Of a DNA stretch of 64,000 nucleotides, positions 39,801-48,409 are shown one piece after another (position 1 is the stretch's first letter; each line of letters starts with the position of its first letter). Location: positions 32,001 to 96,000 of IMG/VR virus record IMGVR_UViG_3300037313_000284. One strand, given 5' to 3'. The stretch is from a virus. The position numbers and the translations under genes were made by a program. The notes under the pieces were generated by a model. That model saw nothing but the letters and a program-made list of their open reading frames with translations. It had not been told where the DNA came from and ran no database searches.

Positions 39801-42622
39801 TGCACGCGGTGATAGATTTCCTGCATCTTGGGAAGCATATAATCCCAAGAGCGGCTATCCTTACGGTACACCAGCGAGTATTCACGCATCGCGCCGTCAA
39901 TAGCGTCCGCGTCTTCAGGCGAGCCGATTTGCTTGGCGTTCTTATCACCAAGGAACGCTTCAGCGAAGGCTTCCACGTCACCACCCAGCATAGCCGGGTT
40001 AATCTTTTGCGTTTGACCCACAAGGTCGGTCACGACGTTATTAATCGTGGTACCCGAGGACAGACGCACATATTCCGCTTTAGCGCACAGGCAGAGGAAC
40101 GCTTGCGCCAGACCGGAGTCTTGGTTCTTGATCTTGTGACTTTCGTCACCGCAAACGTAGTCCAACCCAGCGCCCGCGAGGATATCCACGAAAGGATATG
40201 CCTTCAGGGGCTTCGCACTACCGAAGTTATCATAGCTAGATACTTGCTCGTAGCTGGACTTCAGTTCCGCGTCAGTGTGCTCGTTACGCAGCGTATTGTA
40301 GTTAGTAACGATAATCGTGTTGCGCGGCAGATCACGAATGAAAGCGATGACTTCCGCCATCGTCATGTTCATACCGAACGGGTTCATAAGCACGTCACGC
40401 ACGTGCTGATAAGTGAACGGGAATGCGTTCATCTTACCGTTAGTGAACTCGTTGATTTCCGCAACAAACTGTCGCACTAGGTTATTAGGAACCACGACGA
40501 CCGGGCGCTTGATCAACCCTTTGGCTAGCAGCAGGTTAATATCAGCGATGATGCAGTTGGTTTTACCACCACCCGGAGCCGCGCCGATGATAGCAGATTG
40601 CGGCGGTTCGCCACGGTCAACAGCCTGAATGTATTCCGCTTGGTGCGGAAACACAAAAGACATACGCGACGTGTCGATGTTCGGAATAACAATCGGCTTA
40701 CTGCGGTCCAACGAGTCAACGATATTATCGCGCTCATTGGTACGACGCTTTTCGTGGAAAGCCGGGATGTTAACCGTATGCTTAGCCACGATGTAGCAGT
40801 CGGTATCGGCTTCCATGTTATTAAGCACGCCACCTTCAGGCTCGCGCTTGTCACCGGAAGACCAAACCTTCAGTGCAACAGCAGCAATGGCCGCTGCGCC
40901 CTTATTAAGGAAGCTAATAATCTCGTTTTCAGCACGCTCTTGTTCGTCCGTCGTGCCGTCTTGCAAGTCGCCGACCAGACGACGTGCCCACATTTCTTGT
41001 TCGCTATTATAAGCGGTAGCATCACGCACAGCGTACGTGAAGTAAGCCCAATCTTCGAAATCGACCTTCAGCGGGTTGACTTGCGTCGGCGGGATAGCGC
41101 AACCAGACACTAGCGCATTAACTTGCCTATTAATGCTAGCGTCTTTAACAGCCGACATACGCTTGACCATTTCGAAAAGCGTACGACCTTCAACGGACAA
41201 CGCTTTGAAACGATCTCCATTCCATCCGAAACCAGAACCATTAATAATCCCACGCAGAGCGTAAGGATACATCTTGGCAATGGTGATCGGGTCTAGCGCA
41301 CGCGCACCACGAAGGTTCAGGCTACTAACAGTGCCTTCAATCGTGGTGAAAACCATGACTTCGTTATGGTGGTCAACGTACAGCACGGAAGGCGGGAAAC
41401 GGAACTTAGGTGCGTCGCGGTCGCGACTACCTTCCGTCAACTTACTCATATCGATGGCCGAAAGACTTTCGAACCATTCGTTACTAGCGGATTGGTATTC
41501 CGCCATCTTGTTTTCTTTAGGTAGCCGAATGACGCGATTACGACCCGTAATCAAATAACCGTCTTCGTTAGTACGGACCATCGGCACGTAGCCGGTCCGC
41601 TCTTCCTTCTTTCGGTTGCGTCGCGCCATCGCCATAGGCGTAGGCTTACGAGGCTTAGCACGCTTCCACGCGGTAGCCGCACGACCCTTTAGGTCTTGCG
41701 TAAACGTCGCCGTGGCCTTGTCATCCGTAGCGCCCGAAGCCGCACGAATGATCGAGTTAATATGCGTCATGAACATGAACGGCACGAACTCTTCTTTGCT
41801 TTCGCAATAGAGAGTCCACCACGCATAATCCAGCGGAAGGTGCAGTTCAGCGACGATTTCAGCCGCCATCACTACGGCGGAATTGCGTGGCAGTGCGCCG
41901 CTATCGGCGATAGTGTATGGAAGTCCACCGACTTCCGTAATGTAGTTGTTATTACCAAACAGACGCATAGTCAGCGAAACGCCAACGCCCTTCGGCAGCG
42001 TCTTGACGGCTTGGAATTCTTCGGTCTCACGAACGAAGTCTTGCATGTAGGGTGAGAATTCGCCCTTCACTAACTTCAAGAACGTCGCTTGGTCGACAAC
42101 GGACTCTAGGTTGCCATCCTCACCGAACATCAAATTCGGCTTAGTATTACGACCCTCACGCTTGTATTCCGTGGGATGCTTGTAACCAGGAAAGAGTTTT
42201 TGCAGCAGACGCTCTTGATCCGGATCGAACGGATTAATAACCAACCGCGTGCTCATCGGCTTCGCGGAAAGGATCAATCCGTCTTGGCCTTCCTTACGAA
42301 TAGCCACGAACGGGAGACGCGCAAAGGTCGTAGCGACCTTTGCAGGCATTTCGAAACCCTGAAGTGTACCTTTACCCGATGCTAATTGCTGCATCGTGTA
42401 GAAGTTGTCGGTCTTGCTATTAATAGCCGAGGCAATAGCCCCACGTGCTAGCACGTGGTTAGCTGCAATCTCTAAACCGACAATAGCCGCCGCAGCGTTG
42501 CGGAGGTTATTATGGATTTCGACGCGATCCGACTCGGCCTTGTCCGCCGCTTTGTCTTCCCCTCGCGCGTATTCCATATAGCCTTGGTAACCGCCCGTAG
42601 AGAGTAGGGACCTTTTGTACAT
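36890..42622 (-). CDS. Very large SNF2/SF2 helicase-like ATPase, probably virion-associated
   Basis: FPHQ; GAAPGGGKT; VVVP; GDESH; LSSGT; EGHNLQ; QSLARIRR motifs; acidic linkers. Confidence 0.85.
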   Translation of the reverse strand: MYKRSLLSTGGYQGYMEYARGEDKAADKAESDRVEIHNNLRNAAAAIVGLEIAANHVLARGAIASAINSKTDNFYTMQQLASGKGTLQGFEMPAKVATTFARLPFVAIRKEGQDGLILSAKPMSTRLVINPFDPDQERLLQKLFPGYKHPTEYKREGRNTKPNLMFGEDGNLESVVDQATFLKLVKGEFSPYMQDFVRETEEFQAVKTLPKGVGVSLTMRLFGNNNYITEVGGLPYTIADSGALPRNSAVVMAAEIVAELHLPLDYAWWTLYCESKEEFVPFMFMTHINSIIRAASGATDDKATATFTQDLKGRAATAWKRAKPRKPTPMAMARRNRKKEERTGYVPMVRTNEDGYLITGRNRVIRLPKENKMAEYQSASNEWFESLSAIDMSKLTEGSRDRDAPKFRFPPSVLYVDHHNEVMVFTTIEGTVSSLNLRGARALDPITIAKMYPYALRGIINGSGFGWNGDRFKALSVEGRTLFEMVKRMSAVKDASINRQVNALVSGCAIPPTQVNPLKVDFEDWAYFTYAVRDATAYNSEQEMWARRLVGDLQDGTTDEQERAENEIISFLNKGAAAIAAVALKVWSSGDKREPEGGVLNNMEADTDCYIVAKHTVNIPAFHEKRRTNERDNIVDSLDRSKPIVIPNIDTSRMSFVFPHQAEYIQAVDRGEPPQSAIIGAAPGGGKTNCIIADINLLLAKGLIKRPVVVVPNNLVRQFVAEINEFTNGKMNAFPFTYQHVRDVLMNPFGMNMTMAEVIAFIRDLPRNTIIVTNYNTLRNEHTDAELKSSYEQVSSYDNFGSAKPLKAYPFVDILAGAGLDYVCGDESHKIKNQDSGLAQAFLCLCAKAEYVRLSSGTTINNVVTDLVGQTQKINPAMLGGDVEAFAEAFLGDKNAKQIGSPEDADAIDGAMREYSLVYRKDSRSWDYMLPKMQEIYHRVQMTELQTRYYNLLFQKAISRIKDDKAVKGDLEKVESGDDDPAISNKIERVVRKHFSVIDRFVNDPTQFNDFVDGTFVYEEFKFKNDGEEAEPGTLELAIPEADDLISVKAAYAYDLMYAHMDEKGKLAVIKEHAPTYRADPGNKVILMAPNKFVGKHVWDNMPPDLKKRSVRYQAGAFDKVEQFKTDDKIRFMVADEISISEGHNLQVGSRIIRMQQVWTPGGETQSLARIRRPDPFGKFNRDSLGYDIIVATKPSGAPTIDDLRIARLLAKKFNNAMVEFGYVPSFRNTFFKGDVKILPPVRMSMKIIQSFPEELLNQYFEQQKKYNNWFQQSSLEETKKIGREVESLTGQTLLDDAGRPLSVKDFVAAVVVPTIEGEAIPGSASCYVPWLPGVQPINPMGFDMQPIRSLTVPVSDEDEDSDEEGDGPEDEDDDPSVIDNVEIKIGDYVMTEFGPGIVDGILRNGHRLTIRIPGLPPSKGEKMKRVRLPKTCVYVPMDEEGAKTLANAIRGKSGAPVRMPKHKPITNEQRQEADKRKRGRNTPEPEFTDFEAGDDDFDEDDIDLLGLEDELEDEEPEDPIDTLIEEEEFEDEDEEEEDEEEETEATVALQALAINGQLAIVGYDTAEGNAMDTLYTRYGFKPFPDMARVGFKNRKALDVFLARVSKANYVIPRNLMAEIEGVAQGLSSRGKLRQVEPYDFSEITNFMKVEQKRVPTRASSRDPQTFRLYPIVQKGEFYLCASISKHPFNVLSILGKLMQGIPNTEKVQKFDDMGVKFYRNISEAKKEAKKIIADGDILEDPEEFLASFDTINGGHIELPAISKPTKPAATITDVRPARPTGGAKKPISLDDDDDDITIEEWPEQKHNPVVEDFDEFMFFLKNCGRATITLITNNGAPIEGVKVGAPMWVRKTRSDHFALSPYKDAPESEYVELGYPTKAKFDADEGLMLTSNGKRVWSLSYNGVVRGSK

Positions 42623-42655
42623 CGTTAGCTCCTAGCGAACTGTTAGGCGTAATTA

Positions 42656-43564
42656 CTAGAACGATTCTTCGCGGACGATTTCGTCCCAAAGACCAAAATG
42701 CATACCGGTATGCTGTTCTAGTAACGAAGCCATTCCCTTAGCAAATGCCACACGATGTGCACGACCCCACGTTCTCGTATCGAAGAACGCTTTATCGTAA
42801 ATTTGCATCGCGGTTTGAAGGGACAACATATCAGTAGCTTGGGCCTTTAGCAAGCCTTCCACTTCTGCTTCATTAATAGGTTGAAGAAGGTCCATTATCC
42901 TCTTGAGTTCACGAGAGTTTTGCTCCAAAACCGAAAGTTCCAGTCCGGATTTCTCGCGCCGACCGAAGTCGGTAGCGGCGGCAGTTTCGACTTGGGCGAA
43001 CTCCGCAGCTTCCTCATCAATTCTAGTATCTTCCATAAGCCTTATCACCTTATTGGTTCCCGGCACATGGTGGTATCCGGGGAAGCTGCTATAGAAACGG
43101 ATTAGCTTTTGCAGCCCAATTGGACTGTCTTTGCTAGGACCTACGCGTATTAACTTAGGGCCGTCTGTGCGTAGGATGATAGCTAACGCCGCTCGTGCTA
43201 ATCCTTTTGCGCGAAACGCGGGTGCAGTACGCACGTCTGTTAATTCATCAGCATCTAGCTGATAGACCGCGCGGAACGCAACGTGTTCGCCGTAGCAAAC
43301 CGTATAGTAAATATGCCGCATGGCTTGCATCGTATACAAACGAAAACCATGGGGCATATAGCGACGTTCGTATTCATGGGTTAGTGCGTAGGAATCGCTT
43401 AGGTGGATATCCCTAGCGTGGCGCAAACCCAAACGACCGGTGCCGGCATTTACTAAAAACAAACCGTTGTCTACGCGAGTGTATAGCGTACTAAAGGGCC
43501 GCGCGTAATCTGAGTTCCGCTGACGGGCCGAGCTTGAAGAACCCAAGCGACGTGACTGTGGCAT
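42656..43564 (-). CDS. GNAT acetyltransferase fused to a helical C-terminal domain
   Basis: VRTAPAFRAKGLARAAL (acetyl-CoA motif A) and LIRFYSSFPGY (motif B); VETAA linker; start uncertain. Confidence 0.7.
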   Translation of the reverse strand: MPQSRRLGSSSSARQRNSDYARPFSTLYTRVDNGLFLVNAGTGRLGLRHARDIHLSDSYALTHEYERRYMPHGFRLYTMQAMRHIYYTVCYGEHVAFRAVYQLDADELTDVRTAPAFRAKGLARAALAIILRTDGPKLIRVGPSKDSPIGLQKLIRFYSSFPGYHHVPGTNKVIRLMEDTRIDEEAAEFAQVETAAATDFGRREKSGLELSVLEQNSRELKRIMDLLQPINEAEVEGLLKAQATDMLSLQTAMQIYDKAFFDTRTWGRAHRVAFAKGMASLLEQHTGMHFGLWDEIVREESF

Positions 43565-43907
43565 CGGTAGTCCGATAAATACTAACGTGATAAAAAGCAC
43601 GCATCACGTACCGCGCCATAACAAGGCGTAACGCAAACATGCACTTGAGGAATGTAGAGTCGAACTTGAACGCGTCCGACACAACGATTTCCGGTTGCCT
43701 TGGCCCTTGCACATCGTTGTAAACAACTGCAATAACGTCCGGGTCGCTAAATGGTTCCTGCGCCACCGTAAACGTAAATTGTGCAAAGTATCTAACTGAA
43801 CCGTCACGATGAATCGTTACTAACTCGTGAGACTTCACGAGTGGCAAGTCACCGATCTTCTCTTGCGGAATACGGGTACCGCCAAACTTTGAAGTCGTGG
43901 TCGTCAT
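43491..43907 (-). CDS. Hypothetical protein
   Basis: ATGA-coupled to upstream gene; 3' end overlaps GNAT. Confidence 0.45.
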   Translation of the reverse strand: MTTTTSKFGGTRIPQEKIGDLPLVKSHELVTIHRDGSVRYFAQFTFTVAQEPFSDPDVIAVVYNDVQGPRQPEIVVSDAFKFDSTFLKCMFALRLVMARYVMRAFYHVSIYRTTDATVTSLGFFKLGPSAELRLRAAL

Positions 43908-44086
43908 GATCCGTCCTCTGCCGGTCTAAAAGGCCAATCAGTAACGCACACATCAGGAAAAATATCCTCCGAAGTGTTGTGATCTTCGGTTTTCCAAGCA
44001 CAAACTAACTGATCGTCTTCGTAGTCTACGACAAGCATAGAAGGGCCACCACTTTTGAGCATAACTCGCGTGCCAATAGCTCTCAT
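43904..44086 (-). CDS. YodC/DUF2158-like small protein
   Basis: IGTRVMLKSGGPSMLV...CAW...F; ATGA overlap with HNH gene. Confidence 0.75.
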   Translation of the reverse strand: MRAIGTRVMLKSGGPSMLVVDYEDDQLVCAWKTEDHNTSEDIFPDVCVTDWPFRPAEDGS

Positions 44087-44544
44087 CGGTACTTCTTTCG
44101 TTTGCCTACTTTGGACGAACCGTAGCCTATTCTCTGTAGATGCGGATGCTCTAGTGCGTGGCACGGTTTACATAACGTACGTAAATTATTAGGAGTGTCG
44201 GGACCACCTTTTTCACGCCTAATAATATGATGCACGTCTAGCTTGCCGTGATTAGGCGGCCTGTACACTTTACGGCAATGTGCGTTGGTGCACGTATAGT
44301 TATCTCGATTGATGACCAGCTTTCTAGTTGCTTCCCACTCAGGACCATACGGAGGCTCTTCAGCGCGACGCCCTTCGTTGGTCGAGTGGTAGCTATTACT
44401 AGAGCTTCGCTCTTCGCGACGTTCAAAAAAGCTAGGAGGCGGACCCCCATTGCGAAGTGAACTAGTAGGCCTACTATTTGGCGGAGGACCAAAGTTAAGC
44501 CTTGTGGGTTTTGCCGCTCTAGGCGGGCCGCCACCGCCACGCAT
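44083..44544 (-). CDS. HNH endonuclease (possible packaging-associated)
   Basis: W...R..VINRD.Y.C....C...LDVHHI....GG.....NL..LCKPCH..EH. Confidence 0.85.
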   Translation of the reverse strand: MRGGGGPPRAAKPTRLNFGPPPNSRPTSSLRNGGPPPSFFERREERSSSNSYHSTNEGRRAEEPPYGPEWEATRKLVINRDNYTCTNAHCRKVYRPPNHGKLDVHHIIRREKGGPDTPNNLRTLCKPCHALEHPHLQRIGYGSSKVGKRKKYR

Positions 44545-44546
44545 TA

Positions 44547-44744
44547 CTATTCCTCGTCAGCAAAATCGCTATTGCGAATTTCCGCACGCCTAAGAGTGTG
44601 AACCTTCGTACGGAAACGCCGACGTTCGGGTGACGTACGAGATTTGATCTTATTAATGCGTTTCTTCATCTTCGAACGCGGGTGCGACCTAAGATATTCT
44701 CGCTTGGCAACAGTGCTCAAGCGATCAAACCATTTTCCGTTCAT
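44547..44744 (-). CDS. Small basic protein
   Basis: WFDRLS..AKREYL.SHP.SK, R/K-rich. Confidence 0.6.
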   Translation of the reverse strand: MNGKWFDRLSTVAKREYLRSHPRSKMKKRINKIKSRTSPERRRFRTKVHTLRRAEIRNSDFADEE

Positions 44745-44749
44745 GGTTA

Positions 44750-44986
44750 TTACACCCGCTTTTTAGCCTGCCGCCTTGCAGGAGGCTTAGGGGCTTTGGC
44801 TGGTTTTGGAGCCTTCGGCGGCTTGTTAGGTTTAGCGCTGTACTTGCGGTTAAGCTCATCGTACTCTTTGTAGAGTTTATTAAGCTTGCCGGGGTTCTTA
44901 GCGCGATCCTTGAACGCCGTGACCATTTTCTTCTGGACCTTTGCCATCTTGGATCGCAAAGTGGTCTTGCTAGGAGCCTTAGCCAT
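44750..44986 (-). CDS. Small Lys-rich basic protein
   Basis: KPPKAPKPAKAPKPP tail. Confidence 0.6.
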   Translation of the reverse strand: MAKAPSKTTLRSKMAKVQKKMVTAFKDRAKNPGKLNKLYKEYDELNRKYSAKPNKPPKAPKPAKAPKPPARRQAKKRV

Positions 44987-44988
44987 TA

Positions 44989-45732
44989 TTAATTCCTCAA
45001 GCTCTGGCGGGCCTTCTCGCTTGCCGCGTCGAGGCTTTCTTGGCCGTATTGTCCAACGGAGTTTAATAGGTTCGACATGCCGTCGTTCAAAGTACGCTTC
45101 AAACCTTCCAGCGAATTGCCGCTGTTGACTTTAGAACGAAGCGTGGAAATCTCGTTGATCAGGAAGTTAATGAGCGCCAAGTACAACGGTGCAACCGCGT
45201 CGTTTACAACTCGATCCGCTAGAGCGTCAGTCGAAGACATGGCTCGCAGATCGTTCATTAACTCGCGTGCAAGGTTTACCTGATTGGAGAACGCATACGC
45301 CGCGCGCTCTGCCTTGCTTGTATTAGCGGTGTTTTCGTAGCCAGGAAGCAGCCGGATAACCGCAGCCAACGCTTCCCGCGTGACAATCTCTTGCGTCGCG
45401 GGCGAGTTATAAGGTTGCAGCTTATCGCTAATGCGTTTGGAGACCTTACGCATCTGTTTTTCGAAGGCGGTATTAGCCTCTTCGAAACCGTCGTCATCAT
45501 CGTCTTCATCGCCGCCTACCCGGCGGACACCAAGTTCAACCGCCTCTTCCCGCAAACGGTTGATCTTCTTTTTAGTAACCTTGGTAGGACCGACGCTAGC
45601 CGGATGATCTTCGTCCCAAGGGAGATCGTCATCCGCACTAACGTCGGCCACTTTAACCTTAGTCTTCGTCTTGGTCGGCACGCTCTTCTTCGCTTTGAGC
45701 TTTGCCTTCAATTTGCCGAGCTTAACAGCCAT
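44989..45732 (-). CDS. Helical hypothetical protein (possible terminase small subunit)
   Basis: Basic N-terminus, acidic linker, long amphipathic helices; near HNH gene; function is a guess. Confidence 0.35.
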   Translation of the reverse strand: MAVKLGKLKAKLKAKKSVPTKTKTKVKVADVSADDDLPWDEDHPASVGPTKVTKKKINRLREEAVELGVRRVGGDEDDDDDGFEEANTAFEKQMRKVSKRISDKLQPYNSPATQEIVTREALAAVIRLLPGYENTANTSKAERAAYAFSNQVNLARELMNDLRAMSSTDALADRVVNDAVAPLYLALINFLINEISTLRSKVNSGNSLEGLKRTLNDGMSNLLNSVGQYGQESLDAASEKARQSLRN

Positions 45733-45747
45733 AGCCCGTCCTTTGAG

Positions 45748-46236
45748 TTAACGTAGATAGCGGTATTGCAAGAACAACGCTGCAATCGATAGCAGCACCC
45801 CGGCGAGCGATCCGAGAATTAATGACCGACGGTCGCGACGCCACTCTTGATCGTACGTGCTAGGGCCGGAAATGTGTAAGACACCTCCGATGATAGCCAT
45901 GTACGCGAGCAGGGTAACGACCGGCGAGTTAACAACCGAAGCAGAATCACCGGTGATATTGATATACAGGTTGGCGAACCGCGAGCCTAACAAAGACGCC
46001 CACATGAGGAACATGCCGGTGACTAGTTGACTAACGCGGTCGAATTTGTGGTCTTTGGACGCACGAATCATCAGCGGCGTGTACACAATAGTAACTGTGC
46101 CCACGATACCGATGCAAACGGCGTTCATGATAGGCAGTAGAGTCTTGTTAGGTACTACTAACGCGAGCAGGCCAAATAAGCAGGCCGCCGCCACGCTAAA
46201 TAGCGCCAACTTAGGAAGATTTGGGAGAGGGCGCAT
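45748..46236 (-). CDS. Multi-pass membrane protein (about 5 TM)
   Basis: Five hydrophobic segments. Confidence 0.7.
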   Translation of the reverse strand: MRPLPNLPKLALFSVAAACLFGLLALVVPNKTLLPIMNAVCIGIVGTVTIVYTPLMIRASKDHKFDRVSQLVTGMFLMWASLLGSRFANLYINITGDSASVVNSPVVTLLAYMAIIGGVLHISGPSTYDQEWRRDRRSLILGSLAGVLLSIAALFLQYRYLR

Positions 46237-46250
46237 CTACGTGTAAACCT

Positions 46251-46445
46251 CTATGGAATCGAGCCCTTAAGGGCCAATAGTTCTCGTATAGTGTCTTCGA
46301 GACGCTGTGATGCGCTAGCATTAGCAGCGTAACATTTATTAAAATCTTCTACGTACTGTTTGTTTGTGGGTTCAATGTGTTGCTGGATAGCGCTGGAAAC
46401 ATCAGAAGTCCTGCGCGATCTAGGCCGGAAATCTAGAAGTGACAT
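46251..46445 (-). CDS. Small coiled-coil protein
   Basis: MSLLDFRP... ATG 46445 immediately after upstream stop. Confidence 0.5.
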   Translation of the reverse strand: MSLLDFRPRSRRTSDVSSAIQQHIEPTNKQYVEDFNKCYAANASASQRLEDTIRELLALKGSIP

Positions 46446-46446
46446 A

Positions 46447-46725
46447 TCAGCGCCTTGCCATGGTCGATAAGCTAATAAGTTGAGCAAGATTGTCCAGACC
46501 GCGCGTGTTAGCCGCTACGGTCGCGAGACTTTCTCTGCCTTCTATAATACGCTTCTCTTGAATTTCCATTAACGAAGTACGGAGTTCCTTGTTCTCCGTC
46601 TGCGTGGTCTTCCGGTCGCGTATTAATAACACAATGATACCGAGTTGGCCGAGGACGACGAGGCCAGCCCAACCTTGGGCTATAAGCCATTCAACAATTT
46701 TCAGTATTGCGTCTTCCAAGGCCAA
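46447..46725 (-). CDS. Holin-like single-TM plus coiled-coil protein
   Basis: WLIAQGWAGLVVLGQLGIIVLLI then coiled coil; AGGAG RBS. Confidence 0.5.
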   Translation of the reverse strand: MALEDAILKIVEWLIAQGWAGLVVLGQLGIIVLLIRDRKTTQTENKELRTSLMEIQEKRIIEGRESLATVAANTRGLDNLAQLISLSTMARR

Positions 46726-46753
46726 CTCTCCTACCTTGTGTTACTAGCCGATG

Positions 46754-47563
46754 CTATTCCATTACCAAGGCGTCGTACATCATTCCGAGGACGGTAAGGA
46801 TTTTACTATCCGAAGCACCCTCATCCAGTTGCACTTGCCGCAGCGGCTTTCCGTACGTGTCGTACTTACTATCCTTAGAAAGGAGGATTAAGTACGAACC
46901 CTCTTCACGGCGGATCAGGTAGACTTGCCTATCAGGAAACCCGTCAGGGGTACCCCGTTTGGCCCAAGCGGCGTCACCCGACTTAGGTTGACTAACAGGA
47001 ACGAATCCCATTTCGGTCAACGAACGCATGACCTTCCCAGGCAATGCTGCTTCCGAACCAATAGTAGCCGATGTTTCAATCGACTTTTTATTAGCTGGCG
47101 ATTTCTCCGCGATCTTCTCACCCAAGGCACGCCACATCGAGAGGAACTTCTCACGATCTTTGTGCCATGGGTTTACTAAATCACGCATATCACCCATGAA
47201 CGACTTGTAGAAGGCGCTCATGCGTTTGTCCTTAGCCAATTCCTTGCGACGCTTTTGCGTTTTAATGATATTGGCTATCTCGTCGTCACCATCGTCTTCT
47301 TCTTCGTCCTCATCACTGAGGCCGCCTAACAGGTCTTCTAGTAATTCGAAGATACCTGTTAGGGCCAAGACTCGGTCGTTACGGCTCATTTCCGGGTGAT
47401 CGGCCGCATCCATTTCCTCGTCGTCGTCTTCCAACGAGTTATAATACGCAGACACGAATGCGAAGAGAGTCTTCTGCGCCACCGGATCGGTTAAGAACCG
47501 GTGTAACGCTTCGACTTCTACTTGCCCGTCTTGTTCATCGTCATCGTAAGCGCCACGTGCCAT
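46754..47563 (-). CDS. Two-domain acidic head-associated protein
   Basis: Acidic helical N-domain, IETSA/SEAAL linker, compact C-domain. Confidence 0.55.
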   Translation of the reverse strand: MARGAYDDDEQDGQVEVEALHRFLTDPVAQKTLFAFVSAYYNSLEDDDEEMDAADHPEMSRNDRVLALTGIFELLEDLLGGLSDEDEEEDDGDDEIANIIKTQKRRKELAKDKRMSAFYKSFMGDMRDLVNPWHKDREKFLSMWRALGEKIAEKSPANKKSIETSATIGSEAALPGKVMRSLTEMGFVPVSQPKSGDAAWAKRGTPDGFPDRQVYLIRREEGSYLILLSKDSKYDTYGKPLRQVQLDEGASDSKILTVLGMMYDALVME

Positions 47564-47597
47564 GTTTCACCTGTGTTAATAACTGCAACAGGTGCTA

Positions 47598-48365
47598 CTA
47601 AGCGATCAGGGCGCGTTTACGCATCATCTGTTCAAGTTGCGCGAAGAAAGCGGGTTGCGAAGCATACAGCTTACGGAAGTAAGCAATCATGCCTTGCGCG
47701 TCACGCTTATCAAGCGCGGCGGTTTCCTTAGCTTCGTCGCTTTCGCCTTCGGCGACGAAGTGCGAGTGCGCCACGACGGCGGAGTGCGAACAAGGAACTA
47801 ACTTGCCGGTCTTAACCGACAGGATATTAAGTTGACCGTTGTCGTCGTAGGACACGACGCCCGAGTCAGCCGTGGCCGTTTCCGGGTTAGTGAACAGAGC
47901 GAATTCGCCTTGATCCACCGTGCCGATACCAGCGTCAAAGAAGTTAGCAGCGATACGGCCAACCGATTGACGGGCCGCAGCCGCGAGCAACGCCGAGATA
48001 TCCGTATCCGATTGCTTAACCAGACGACGAACGCCGGGTTGAGCCTCGACAACCTTCCACGTCGCGTCTTCATCATCCGCGAACACGTTGGCTTCAATAA
48101 CTTCACGCATCTGCGAAGCATCTTCGTACGGACGGCTTTCAGTAACCGGACGCACGTGGAAAGCCACAGCGCGAGCTTGTTCGATTTGGGTCACGTTGCG
48201 AACCGTACCCGGCACGACTTCGATCTTACCTTCGAACTTGTCGCGAATCTTGTTCGCGTAGTCTTGCGCGGTTTCCACCTTGGACGTTTCCGCAACCACG
48301 GAGGCCACGTTTCCGCCAATCATTTCGAAGGTCTGAATGTTAGCAACAACAATCTTGTTAGACAT
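47598..48365 (-). CDS. Putative head structural protein
   Basis: NVFADDEDATWKV; three ETA motifs; AAGGA RBS. Confidence 0.55.
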   Translation of the reverse strand: MSNKIVVANIQTFEMIGGNVASVVAETSKVETAQDYANKIRDKFEGKIEVVPGTVRNVTQIEQARAVAFHVRPVTESRPYEDASQMREVIEANVFADDEDATWKVVEAQPGVRRLVKQSDTDISALLAAAARQSVGRIAANFFDAGIGTVDQGEFALFTNPETATADSGVVSYDDNGQLNILSVKTGKLVPCSHSAVVAHSHFVAEGESDEAKETAALDKRDAQGMIAYFRKLYASQPAFFAQLEQMMRKRALIA

Positions 48366-48409
48366 TTGTATTAATCCTTAGAAGGTTCAGGTCCTATCGA
48401 CCGCTAGCT

